Part shown: positions 47,709-57,031 of the stretch, one piece after another
Position numbering within the stretch: position 1 is the first letter of the stretch
Layout: every line of letters starts with the position of its first letter
Source of the DNA: Candidatus Marinacidobacterales bacterium
Lineage (GTDB): Bacteria; Acidobacteriota; Vicinamibacteria; Marinacidobacterales; SMYC01
Length of the DNA: 64,000 nt
Assembly (NCBI GenBank): GCA_965224085.1
Contig: CBDCYI010000005.1
Location: 1,248,001-1,312,000, forward strand
Reading direction: 5' to 3'
Position numbers and translations under genes: made by a program
The notes under the pieces: model-generated
What the model was told of the DNA's origin: nothing
Seen by the model: only the letters and a program-made list of their open reading frames with translations
Databases searched by the model: none

Positions 47709-49027
47709 TTGGACACCTTTTGCGCCAAGACCCTCCTGCGAAGCCCGATCGCTCGGGCGTGCGCCTCGAGGCCTTCGAGCCGCGCGAGCCGTTCGACGCT
47801 AGGCCCGAGTCCTTCGATCCCCTCCTCGGTGAGACACTGGACGGTCATCGTCTTGCAGAACGATTCCAAAGTGAGGCCCCCGTAGGCGCGCGCGTGCCCG
47901 TAGGTCGGCAGGACGTGATTGGTCCCGCTCGCGTAGTCTCCGAACGCCTCCGCTGACCACGGCCCGACAAAAACCGAGCCCGCGTGTCGGACGGATTCGA
48001 CGATTTCATCGGCGCCGTCGCAATTGAGAATCAGGTGCTCGGGAGCGTATTCGTTCGATACATCGATGGCCTGTGAAAGATCGCGGACAACGATGGCGCG
48101 AGCGCCGCTCATTGCCATCTCGGCAATCGCGCGACGCGGAAGATCCGCGAGCTGCCGCGTGAGCTCGCGCTCGACACGATTCGCGAGCGACGGGGACGGC
48201 GTGACGAGGACGACCTGAGCTGTTTCGTCGTGCTCCGCCTGGCTCAACAGATCCGCAGCCACGAACGCGGGCTCGGCGGAATCGTCGGCAATGACGAGAA
48301 CCTCGCTCGGACCCGCCGGGAAGTCGATCGCCGGTCCGCTAGGCGCACTCGAGACCAGCTGCTTCGCGGCTGCTACGTACGCATTGCCGGGACCGAAGAT
48401 CTTGTCGACGCGGGCAATGGTCTCGGTACCATAGGCCATAGCCGCCACCGCTTGCGCACCCCCCACTTTGAACACCATCGATACCCCGCAAAGCTCCGCG
48501 GCTGCGAGAACGTGCTCGTTGACACGGCCATCGCGGCCAGGCGGTGTGCAAACGATGCTTTCCCGGCATCCGGCAAGTCGCGCCGGGGCGGCGAGCATGA
48601 GGAGCGTCGACACGAGTGGAGCGCTTCCCCCCGGGACGTAGAGCCCGACCCGATCCACAGGCCGGCTCACGCGCCGGCACGAGACACCCGGCTCCGTCTC
48701 CACCTCCACGCTAGGAGCGCGCTGCAGACGGTGAAAGACCTCGATGTTCTGCAGGGCGCGCGCCAGGCAATTCGTATCTTCCGGGTCGATCGCGGCACTG
48801 GCCGCCGCGATCTCGTCATCGGCGACGCGCAAGCTCTCGAGACGCGCGCCATCGAATCGCTCGGTGAAAGCGAACAAGGCGTCGTCGCCGCGCCGAGCGA
48901 CCTCCGCGCAGATGCTACGAACCGCCGTGGCGACGGCGGCGGCGTGCGCGAGCGAAGGACGGGCAAGCGCAAGCCGCCGTGCCTCGTCGTCAAGGTGTGC
49001 CCATGGAACACGTTTCAGAGACACCAT
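47705..49027 (-). CDS. hisD: Histidinol dehydrogenase
   Basis: GLYVPGG, GGAQAVAA, GPGNAYV, PAGPSE, SQAEHD, APEHL, GTNHVLPT. Confidence 0.98.
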   Translation of the reverse strand: MVSLKRVPWAHLDDEARRLALARPSLAHAAAVATAVRSICAEVARRGDDALFAFTERFDGARLESLRVADDEIAAASAAIDPEDTNCLARALQNIEVFHRLQRAPSVEVETEPGVSCRRVSRPVDRVGLYVPGGSAPLVSTLLMLAAPARLAGCRESIVCTPPGRDGRVNEHVLAAAELCGVSMVFKVGGAQAVAAMAYGTETIARVDKIFGPGNAYVAAAKQLVSSAPSGPAIDFPAGPSEVLVIADDSAEPAFVAADLLSQAEHDETAQVVLVTPSPSLANRVERELTRQLADLPRRAIAEMAMSGARAIVVRDLSQAIDVSNEYAPEHLILNCDGADEIVESVRHAGSVFVGPWSAEAFGDYASGTNHVLPTYGHARAYGGLTLESFCKTMTVQCLTEEGIEGLGPSVERLARLEGLEAHARAIGLRRRVLAQKVSK

Positions 49028-49031
49028 GGGC

Positions 49032-49928
49032 TCATGCCAACATTTTCTCGATGGGCAACACGAGAATGGCGCTCGCCCCGGCGCTTCTCAGCTTCTCCAT
49101 CGTTTCCCAGAAGACACTTTCTTCGCAGACGGCATGGACGGCGACTTGGTCTCCATCACCCGCAAGCGGCATCACCGTCGGCGACGCGGCCCCCGGAAGG
49201 ACCGATACGATGGCGTCCACCGACGCGCTCGGGGCGTTCATCATGATGTACTTGGTGTTCGCCGAGCGGATCACGCCCCGAATGCGCCGAATGAGACGCT
49301 CTGCAGTGTCGCGTTTGAGGTCTGAGAGACCGTTGGAACGCTTGAGGAGGAGTGCCTCGCTCTCGAGAACTGTCGAAATTTCTTCCAGTTGGTTCGCCTC
49401 GAGCGTGGCTCCAGTCGAGACTAAATCGCAAACGGCATCAGCGATTTTGATGCGGGGCGCGACCTCGACCGAGCCCGTCATTTCGACGATGTCCGCGCAT
49501 ACGCTTTGGGCGTCGAGGTAGTGTTTGAGGGTCGCCGGGTACGACGTTGCGATCCGCAACCCGTCGAGTTGGGACGGCGTCGACAGTCCCGATGCCGTCG
49601 GGACCGCGACGGCTAGCCGGCAACGTGAAAAGCCGAGCGGCAGGACCACCTCGGCCTCGAAGCCCGGGCCATTCCGGAGTTCCACTTCCCGGAGAACGTT
49701 TTCCCCAACGATACCGAGATCGCTCACGCCGTCGCTGACGAAGCCCGGGATGTTGTCGTCACGCACGAGCAACACGTCGATGGGAAGCTCTTCGATCCGC
49801 GAGTACAGCTCGCTCTTGCTCTTCGAGAGATGGAGGCCGCACTGCCGTAACAGGTTGAGGCTGGCGTCGGCGAGGCGGCCCGACTTCTGCATAGCGACGC
49901 GGAGCCGCTCGGCATCTCTAACGGGCAC
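49032..49928 (-). CDS. hisG: ATP phosphoribosyltransferase, long form
   Basis: RVAMQKSGRL, VRDDNIP, IATSYP, GSVEVAP, DLVSTGATL, ILVLPIEK. Confidence 0.97.
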   Translation of the reverse strand: MPVRDAERLRVAMQKSGRLADASLNLLRQCGLHLSKSKSELYSRIEELPIDVLLVRDDNIPGFVSDGVSDLGIVGENVLREVELRNGPGFEAEVVLPLGFSRCRLAVAVPTASGLSTPSQLDGLRIATSYPATLKHYLDAQSVCADIVEMTGSVEVAPRIKIADAVCDLVSTGATLEANQLEEISTVLESEALLLKRSNGLSDLKRDTAERLIRRIRGVIRSANTKYIMMNAPSASVDAIVSVLPGAASPTVMPLAGDGDQVAVHAVCEESVFWETMEKLRSAGASAILVLPIEKMLA

Positions 49929-50226
49929 GGCTCTGCTTCAGGCGGTCCAGTAGCAGTCGGTAACCCCGGTTCGGCTCCTGCCCGAGAAAACGAGCAACCC
50001 GCGTGATCGTGGTGGTACTGACGCCGGTCTCGTCGTGGATTTCGCGGTACGAGAGCTCGCCTTCGTCGAGAAGCCGGGCCACGTGCCACCTCTCTGATAG
50101 AGCCTTCAGCTCGGCGGGGGTCGTGATGTCTTTGAAGAATCTCCGACATTCACGGACCGTGTCGAGGGCCAGGACGGCGTGGAAGAGATCGTCGTACGGT
50201 TCGGCTTTGCGCTTGCGCTTCATCAT
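49918..50226 (-). CDS. TrpR-like (YerC/YecD) repressor, probable his-operon regulator
   Basis: ECRRFFKDITTPAEL..LSERWHVA...SYREI...GVSTTTITRVARFL. Confidence 0.9.
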   Translation of the reverse strand: MMKRKRKAEPYDDLFHAVLALDTVRECRRFFKDITTPAELKALSERWHVARLLDEGELSYREIHDETGVSTTTITRVARFLGQEPNRGYRLLLDRLKQSRAR

Positions 50227-50229
50227 ATC

Positions 50230-50266
50230 GTATTAGCATACTAATACAGTACGACGGACCAAGCAA
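50230..50266 (-). promoter_or_regulatory. his operon promoter with overlapping palindromic operator
   Basis: TTGCTT-17-TAGTAT; GTATTAG-CATA-CTAATAC at 50230-50247. Confidence 0.75.
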
Positions 50267-50351
50267 GCGAATTCCGACCGCTTGATGAAGGGACGCAATT
50301 GATGGCGGAAGCACCAAGAAGTGATGAACAGAGGACCCGGGCGCGCAAGTA

Positions 50352-50615
50352 TCAACTGACGTAGCTCGCGAAACGGCGCACGCCTTCTTCGATCTGGCCG
50401 ACGTCCAAGCTGCCATAGCCGAACAAAAGGCCCGCGCGCGCTTTTTTGGGCGTCGCATAGTACGGTGCGGCCGAGTAGAGGCCGACTCCATCCTCCGCCG
50501 CCCGTTGGGTCAGCTCCGAGAGCGCGCGCTCGTCGAACCCGGAAAGCCACACGAGGACATGGATGCCCGCGTTCGAGCCCGAGACTTCGAAACGGTCGCC
50601 GAGGTAGCGCTCGAG
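50352..50615 (-). pseudogene. C-terminal remnant of a MocR/GntR PLP-dependent regulator cut by IS6
   Basis: AGIHVLVWL...AAEDGVGL...YY...GLLFGYGSL...IEEGVRR; begins at the IS6 end. Confidence 0.8.
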
Positions 50616-51487
50616 GGTATTGTCAAGTTGACGTTGAGCGAGCGAACCTATTGCGTCGAGCTGATTTCCTTTGCTCTCATCGGACGGCACAGGTTACCTC
50701 CTGCCAGACGATGAAAGCGCGGTCTCGTAGCTCCCGATGATGATGCGCTTGCAACAAATGCCGTCCGACGCGAAAGAGGTTTTGCACGAGTCCATGCACG
50801 GTCAAGAATCGTTGCGCCTGTCCCGGAGTCTTAAACTTCCGCATCTGTCGTTCCCGTTGTCGCGTCGGCTCGTGCGAGACTTCGGCTAGATTGTTTCTGT
50901 ACTGGTCAGTGTCGTGGACGACGGACGGCATGACCTCGCGGTGAGCGGCGCTGTAGCTTCTCAGTTTGTCGGTGACCAGCTGCCAGGGCGGACGGCCTTG
51001 CCCCTTCAACAGCTTGCGGAAGAATCGTTTGGCGGCTTTCTGATCACGGCGAAGCTGGACGAGGATATCGATTACATCACCATCTTGGTCTACCGCGCGC
51101 CAGAGGTATTGGCGTTCACCTTGTATCTTTATGAAGACCTCGTCCAGGTGCCATGTGTCACCGAGACGACCCTGCCGACGCTTCAGTCGCCGAGCGTATT
51201 CCGGCCCGAACTTAATGCACCACAGTCGGACCGCTTCGTAAGAAACTGTGATGCCTCGCTGAGCGAGCAGCTCTTCGACGTTTCGAAAGCTCACGCAGAA
51301 TCGGTGGTAGAGCCAGACGGCGTGGCTGATGATTTCCGGTGGAAATCGATAGCCGTGGTAGCTTGGCGCATCGGTCTTCATTGGACCATTCTGTCAGTCA
51401 CCAGCTCAATTTGACAGCAATGGCACCGCCCGTGCGGGCGGAGGTCATCGGGGAGTGACCGAAATCGTTCGTTCACTCGAAAGTACC
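50616..51487 (-). mobile_element. IS6-family element, copy 2 (intact transposase)
   Basis: GGTATTGTCAAGTT IR at 50616; other end ...CACTCGAAAGTACC. Confidence 0.93.
50677..51381 (-). CDS. IS6 family transposase
   Basis: 234 aa; DEVF, TDK, NNLAEVSH DDE triad; FKTPGQAQRFL. Confidence 0.95.
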   Translation of the reverse strand: MKTDAPSYHGYRFPPEIISHAVWLYHRFCVSFRNVEELLAQRGITVSYEAVRLWCIKFGPEYARRLKRRQGRLGDTWHLDEVFIKIQGERQYLWRAVDQDGDVIDILVQLRRDQKAAKRFFRKLLKGQGRPPWQLVTDKLRSYSAAHREVMPSVVHDTDQYRNNLAEVSHEPTRQRERQMRKFKTPGQAQRFLTVHGLVQNLFRVGRHLLQAHHHRELRDRAFIVWQEVTCAVR

Positions 51488-51682
51488 TACAGCTGGGTTC
51501 TGGGCGGACCAAGCGCGTCGTCACGCGCGGCACCGCTCGCGCCAACTCGATCCTGACTGCACTCGGAATCGTTGAACGCGACCCGCCAGCCTTCTCCGAG
51601 GAGGTGCTGTCAGCGTAGAGACAAACCGCGGATCTCAGTCCTTTGTTTATGATGACTTAGAGACCTAAAAGGAAAACATGGG
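51488..51682 (+). mobile_element. Possible 3' remnant of another IS (IS1634-like)
   Basis: Frame TKRVVTRGTARANSILTALGIVERDPP* followed by an AT-rich IS-end-like tract; family recalled only. Confidence 0.35.
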
Positions 51683-51735
51683 CTAGAATTCCCGTTACCT
51701 ACCTACTCATCTTCCTTCGTTACATAGCAGCAAAG

Positions 51736-52127
51736 TGTCAATGCCCGCGCCGACCGTGGTTCCCCTAAGTGATGCAAAAAGGGGGTACCTGAGGTATGGA
51801 CCAAGCCGCGAAAGCGCCTCCTGCCGCGATTCTCGCGGTCGTTTCGTCGACTCATGGGGAGATCATGCCTTTTCCCTGTTTTGTGCCGTCTTGGCCGCTC
51901 TCGCTTTGTTGTTCTTCGATTGCTCGAGTCGATAGCTCGCAACGTTGAGTTCCAAGATGATGCTGTGGTGTACGAGCCGGTCGATCGCCGCGGCCGTCGT
52001 CATGGGGTCCTTGAAGATCTTCTCCCATTTCGAGAACGGCAGATTGCTCGTGAGGATGATGCTGCCTCGTTCGTAGCGCTCGGCCAACAGCGTGAACAGG
52101 GCCTCCATCTCTTCGCGATCTTGCTGC
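51736..52127 (-). mobile_element. istB: IS21-family remnant: istB 3' end plus probable terminal sequence
   Basis: EALFTLLAERYERGSIILTSNLPFSKWEKIF.DPMTTAAAIDRLVHHS...SYRL; TGTCAA end at 51736. Confidence 0.85.
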
Positions 52128-52250
52128 TGTCCCTCAACAATAAAGGTCCGCGTTTTGGAATCAGAGGCTTACGAGCCCCACTCGATTCGGTCCAGGAACG
52201 CATTTCGCCACTTGAGATCTCGCAGCTGGGCGCACAAACTGCGCGGCGCT

Positions 52251-53174
52251 ATGCTCCGCATTCTTGTCTTCATCGTCTCGCTCGTAGTCCGAGCAGTCTG
52301 TCGTCGTAAGGCCGACCTCGTGCTCGAGAATCTCGCCCTTCGGCAACAAGTGACGGCGCTCAAGAAGGAGCGGCCCCGCCCATCGTTAGACGACGTCGAC
52401 CGCGCCTTCTGGGTCGCACTTCGTGCCTCCTGGCCCTCGTGGGCAAGTCGGCTCGTGATCGTCAACGCCGACACCGTGGCGCGCTGGCATCGAGAACGAT
52501 TCCGTCGATACTGGGCGAAGATCTCGCGTCGTCGCTATCCGGGACGGCCTCGTATCGAGGCAGAGATTCGCGAGCTCATTCGCACTATGGCGCAAGACGG
52601 CTGGGGCGCTCCGCGCATCCACGCCGAGTTCATGAAGCTCGGATTTGCCGTCTCCGAGATGACGGTGTCGCGATACCTGCCGCGGCGCCCAGCCGAGCCC
52701 GACCAGGTGAAGCGATGGGTCGCGTTCTTGCGCAATCACAGGAACGACATCGCTGCGATGGATCTGTTCACCGTTCCGACGGCGTCGCTCCGGCTCCTTT
52801 ACGGTTTCTTCGTCATCGAGCACGGCCGGCGACACATTGTTCACTTCAACGCTACATTCCATCCGACGGCGGCATGGGTGATGCAGCAACTGCGCGACGC
52901 TTTTCCGTACGACAGCGCCCCGAGGTATTTGATCTTCGATCGCGACTCTATCTTCAGCCCGGCCGTCGTTCGGTTCGTCAGGGCGCGCGGCATCAAACCC
53001 AAGCGCACGTCGTATCGAAGCCCATGGCAGAACGGAACGGCCGAACGTTGGATCGGGAATTGTCGGCGCGAGATCCTCGAACACGTTGTCGTCTTCGGCG
53101 AGCACCATCTCGTGCGGCTCATGCGCTTGTATCTTAGCTACTACCACGAGGACCGGGTAGTGGGGTCTTTTTAA
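52251..53174 (+). pseudogene. Integrase-core (rve) domain transposase, 3'-truncated; element probably starts TGTCCC at 52128
   Basis: ENLALRQQ, WGAPRIH, AMDLFTV, LIFDRD, PWQNGTAER, YYHEDR, then abrupt end at a palindrome. Confidence 0.8.
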
Positions 53175-53188
53175 AAGACCCCACTACC
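53156..53188. repeat. Perfect 16-bp palindrome, GTAG-type REP-like
   Basis: GGTAGTGGGGTCTTTT-T-AAAAGACCCCACTACC. Confidence 0.8.
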
Positions 53189-53242
53189 GCATTCAGGTTC
53201 CTCTTGCGGAATCCAGCGGAATGCTGGATGCTGCATGCTGAA

Positions 53243-54637
53243 ATGACGACAGAGCAAGACATTCTCGACAAGTTATCGGCGGTGCGGGACCCGGATCTCG
53301 GGCGGGACATCGTCTCTCTCGGATACGCCAAGAACATTCGGGTTTGCGCGCCCATTGTGAGCTGCGATATCGAGCTTCTGAACCCTGCGAGCGAAGCGAA
53401 GGATCACATCAAGGCCGAAGCTACCCAGGCGCTCCTGGAGCTTCCCGAGATCGATGAGGCCAACGTCAACTTGACGTGGCAGGTGAGCGCCTCGCCTGAA
53501 GGCGTTCAGCGCACGTTGCCTGGTGGTCAAGTTGCTCCGGCGCCGCAGAAGCCCGCTGGCGTAAAAAACCTGATCGCGGTTGCGTCGGGGAAGGGCGGCG
53601 TGGGCAAGTCCACCGTGGCTACCAACCTTGCCGTCGCGCTTCACCAAACGGGAGCAAGCGTGGGGCTTCTGGACGCGGACGTCTACGGGCCGTCGCAAGG
53701 CACGATGTTCGGGCTCGACCGGCGCGCGGAGGCCGATGAGAACCAGCGTTTGATCCCTCTCGAATCGCACGGCGTGCGCATCATGTCCATGGGGCTTTTG
53801 ACGACCAAGGAAACGCCTGTGATCTGGCGCGGTCCGATGGCGTCGCGGCTCATCCAGCAGTTTCTGTCGGGTGTCGCTTGGGGTGAGCTCGACTATCTCA
53901 TCATCGATTTGCCCCCAGGGACGGGTGACGTCCAGCTCACGTTGACGCAAAGTGTCCCGCTCACTGGAGCCGTGATCGTGACGACGCCTCAGGATGTCGC
54001 GCGGACGATCGCCGAGAAAGGGCTGCGCATGTTCCGGCCGGTCCAAGTCCCGGTGCTCGGCGTGATCGAGAACATGAGCTTTTTCGTCTGTTCCCATTGC
54101 GACGAGAAGACGCATATCTTCAGCCAGGGTGGCGGCGAGCGAATCAGCCAGGAGCTCGGCATCCCCTTTCTCGGAGGGATCCCGATCGATCCCGAAGTCG
54201 TACGCTCGGGCGACGAGGGCGAGCCAATCGTGGCCCGTCAGCCCGATGCGCCGGCCTCAGTGGCCTATCGCGAGATCGCCGCGCGCGTTGCAGCGGCCAT
54301 AGCGCGCGCCAACTATGAAAGTGCCTCCGCCGATCGGCCCAAAGAGATCATGGAAGGCGACGGAAAGCTCAAGATCGTCTGGGCCGATGACTCGGAGTCC
54401 GTTTTTCCGTTCGACTTCCTCCGCAATCACTGTCCGTGCGCGGTCTGTGTCGACGAATGGACCGGCAAGCGCACGAGCTTGATTCTGCTCCTACCAACCA
54501 ACTTCCGCCCGATGACGGTCGAACCCGTTGGGAACTATGCGATCCAGATCGCGTGGTCCGATGGACACAATACGGGCATTTATAGTTTCAAGGGGTTGAA
54601 GGAGCTCGAACGCGAGCTCGAAGCAAGAAAGACCTAG
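53243..54637 (+). CDS. Mrp/ApbC Fe-S carrier ATPase with N-terminal DUF59/MIP18 and C-terminal DUF971-like domains
   Basis: VRDPDLGRDIVSLG; ASGKGGVGKST, DADVYGPS, DLPPGTGD, ENMS..CSHC; LRNHCPCAVC...VGNYAIQIAWSDGH.TGIYSF. Confidence 0.92.
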   Translation: MTTEQDILDKLSAVRDPDLGRDIVSLGYAKNIRVCAPIVSCDIELLNPASEAKDHIKAEATQALLELPEIDEANVNLTWQVSASPEGVQRTLPGGQVAPAPQKPAGVKNLIAVASGKGGVGKSTVATNLAVALHQTGASVGLLDADVYGPSQGTMFGLDRRAEADENQRLIPLESHGVRIMSMGLLTTKETPVIWRGPMASRLIQQFLSGVAWGELDYLIIDLPPGTGDVQLTLTQSVPLTGAVIVTTPQDVARTIAEKGLRMFRPVQVPVLGVIENMSFFVCSHCDEKTHIFSQGGGERISQELGIPFLGGIPIDPEVVRSGDEGEPIVARQPDAPASVAYREIAARVAAAIARANYESASADRPKEIMEGDGKLKIVWADDSESVFPFDFLRNHCPCAVCVDEWTGKRTSLILLLPTNFRPMTVEPVGNYAIQIAWSDGHNTGIYSFKGLKELERELEARKT

Positions 54638-54797
54638 CATTGAGGGCGTCCCTGGCCGGAGCTTTCGCGGCCGCGGCAACGCTACTCGCGATGATCGGGC
54701 TCTACGGTGTCCTCGAGAGCTACATACCCGCCCGAAGAGCGACACTCGTCGATCCAAACGTCGCACTACGGCACGAATAAGATTGAGGGCTAGCTCG

Positions 54798-54866
54798 GGG
54801 GGAGATCTTCACAGCGACGTCCCGTTCTGGGCGAGTATCCCGAGCCCCCGCGGAACTGCCCCATCG
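54798..54866 (-). pseudogene. Tiny relic of a Ser/Thr protein kinase N-terminus
   Basis: MGQF / ARDTRPERDVAVKIS resembles MGEVYRARDTRLERDVAIKIL, with a frameshift. Confidence 0.5.
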
Positions 54867-54958
54867 AGTTGTCGCCGTGCCGGCGCGTGTTTGAACCCTG
54901 CACCCCCGTGGAACTATAATCCTGGAGTTATCATTCGTTCGATACTTAGGAGGACGCC

Positions 54959-55540
54959 ATGAAGCGCCTCGAATTTTTACTACTGGCCTCGTTTGTTGGA
55001 ATCGGACTGCTTGCCGTCGGCTGCGGAGGAAGCGGCGACACCGGGGGGGCGGCCCCGCAGGATCAGCCCGCGGCATCCGCGCCTGCCGAAGCGGGTGAGC
55101 CAACCTCGGAACGGGCATCCGCCACCGAGCCCTCGGAAGCTCGCGCCGGAGATCAAGGCGCCGCCGAGGGCAAGCGGCCTGCTCGGAGGAGGCGGATATC
55201 AAGGCCTCCGCCGGTACGCGGCGTCGCGAGCGTTCGGATCGTCACCGAGACAAAGGTCGAAGGCAACGAGGTGATCAGCACGATCCGGGCGCGCAACATG
55301 TCGAGGGGCTCGATAACGCGGTTTACCGCGTCGGAGTACTGGTACGACGATCAGGGCAACGCCACGCCGGGTGGCTCGCGGACGTACCGAAAACCGTTCT
55401 TGCCGGGCGAGGTTATAGAGCTAGAGCTGCGAACGGGCAAGAACGAAAATTTCTACCAGAACCAGTTCGAGTTCTCGCACGCGAACGGCGACATCCGGGC
55501 CACGGTCGTCAAGAGCCTCCCGAAGCCGGGCGCAGAGTAA
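54959..55540 (+). CDS. Hypothetical lipoprotein
   Basis: SD AGGAGG; lipobox AVGC; Ala/Pro linker; beta-rich C-terminal domain. Confidence 0.75.
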   Translation: MKRLEFLLLASFVGIGLLAVGCGGSGDTGGAAPQDQPAASAPAEAGEPTSERASATEPSEARAGDQGAAEGKRPARRRRISRPPPVRGVASVRIVTETKVEGNEVISTIRARNMSRGSITRFTASEYWYDDQGNATPGGSRTYRKPFLPGEVIELELRTGKNENFYQNQFEFSHANGDIRATVVKSLPKPGAE

Positions 55541-55773
55541 CGCGACCACACGGTCGAGGGTGGCAGAACCGCTCGCGTAGGTCGCAGGAAACGGAGCGGG
55601 TTTGGTGTTGCGCCGCACGGCCACGGGCGTCATCTCCGTCTAGCGGACGTGCTCTCATCGCGAAGGCGCAGAACCGTGGTTCCCGGACGGCGTCCGCAAA
55701 GCTGATACCTGGTCACTGAAAGTTGCGTCGGAGTCCCGACTCTTTCGCTTGCGGCTCGGCTGCGCCAGACCGC

Positions 55774-56457
55774 CTAGGTCGGTGCCTTTTCCTGGATGTC
55801 GACGATGATCCAGCGCGCAGGCTCGGTGCGATCGCCCAGCGGACCGGAGAGGTCGTACTTTCGAAGCGTAACATTATAGGGCTTCTCGTCGGCATCTGGG
55901 AATTGGAGCATGAGCAGCATTTCCGTCACCGCGACGTCTCCATTGAAATCCTCGAGGGCCACCTGTCTGATGACTGATCTAGTGACGAGCTTGGTTTCGT
56001 CGTCGACGGCCCGCTTGGTCTCTTGAAATGCGCGTTCCTTCACTTTGCGCGCTTCAACCAGCTTCAACCACTCTTCTTGAGTCTCACCAAGCGCTCCGCG
56101 GAACTCGAACTCTGAGTCCTCTTGGAGCTTCGGGATGATTTTTGCGAGAGCCTCTTCGTTGTCGGCGCGAAACGTTTTGCCTTCCTCCAAGGTAGCCTCT
56201 CGTTCCTTCTCGGCGGCCTCAAACCGAACGCGAAGCTCCGGCAACGCGAAAGGCTCCGTCGATCGGGAGCTGACCTCGACCAACTGCCACGACTCGACCT
56301 CCCCGGGAGGGCTGACGGCCGACATGGCAGCAACGGTGGCCGTGTCGTTGGTCCGGGCGGCACGGAAGAATTGTTCGATGGTCGCTTGCTCCGGGCTACC
56401 GCAGGCCCAGAGGCACGCTAGCGTCGCACCTACTACCCATTCCCTGAGCTTCGTCAT
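55774..56457 (-). CDS. Hypothetical lipoprotein with coiled-coil insert
   Basis: SD AGGAGG; lipobox LWAC. Confidence 0.75.
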   Translation of the reverse strand: MTKLREWVVGATLACLWACGSPEQATIEQFFRAARTNDTATVAAMSAVSPPGEVESWQLVEVSSRSTEPFALPELRVRFEAAEKEREATLEEGKTFRADNEEALAKIIPKLQEDSEFEFRGALGETQEEWLKLVEARKVKERAFQETKRAVDDETKLVTRSVIRQVALEDFNGDVAVTEMLLMLQFPDADEKPYNVTLRKYDLSGPLGDRTEPARWIIVDIQEKAPT

Positions 56458-56650
56458 CTGATCCTCCTTTTGGAAAGCAGACAGAAGCGTGTAAAACGAG
56501 CGGGCATTATAACAGATAGGAACGGATTGGAAATCTTGTCCGGGGATGGAGGGTGTCACGCTCTGTAGATGCGCGCCGGCGGTCCCTCCCAACGACAAAC
56601 TCATTAGCTACGCCTCGCGGCTGGCGATAGGCCCATCAGGCAGGCTCGTC

Positions 56651-57031
56651 TCAGTCTGCCGCGATGACCTCGATCTCGATCCGCGCGTCGCGCGGCAAGC
56701 GTGCGGGTTGGACGGCGGCGCGAGCTGGCGGCGTTCCATCCGTGAAATAGGTTCCGTCGACCTTGTTCATCGCCGTGAAGTCCCCCATGTCGGCGAGGTA
56801 AATATTCGTCTTCACGATGTTTCTTGCCGTCATGCCGCCCGCTTCCAAAATGGCGAGAACGCTGTCCATCGCGCGCCGCGTGAGTGCTTGGATGTCACCT
56901 TCGATCATCTCAGCCGTTGCCGGATCGAAGGGGACTTGGCCCGATACGAAGACGAGGTTTCCAGTGCGTATCGCTTGAGAATAGGGCCCGATTGGGGCCG
57001 GTGCTTTTTCGCTCTGAATCGCTTCTTTCAT
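56651..57031 (-). CDS. ridA: RidA/YjgF family reactive-intermediate deaminase
   Basis: APAPIGPYSQA, VSGQ, PPARAAV..LP...IEIEVIA. Confidence 0.93.
   Translation of the reverse strand: MKEAIQSEKAPAPIGPYSQAIRTGNLVFVSGQVPFDPATAEMIEGDIQALTRRAMDSVLAILEAGGMTARNIVKTNIYLADMGDFTAMNKVDGTYFTDGTPPARAAVQPARLPRDARIEIEVIAAD

Noticed and set aside
50227-50350. His-codon leader peptide attenuator
   Set aside because: No His-run ORF; the predicted promoter lies directly against the first gene
41430-51495. 8-bp target-site duplication around the IS6 pair
   Set aside because: None of the four flanks match directly or as reverse complements
55541-55773. Possible ncRNA in intergenic gaps (also 43020-43347)
   Set aside because: No recognisable RNA family motif; 43150-43258 may be an unidentifiable gene tail
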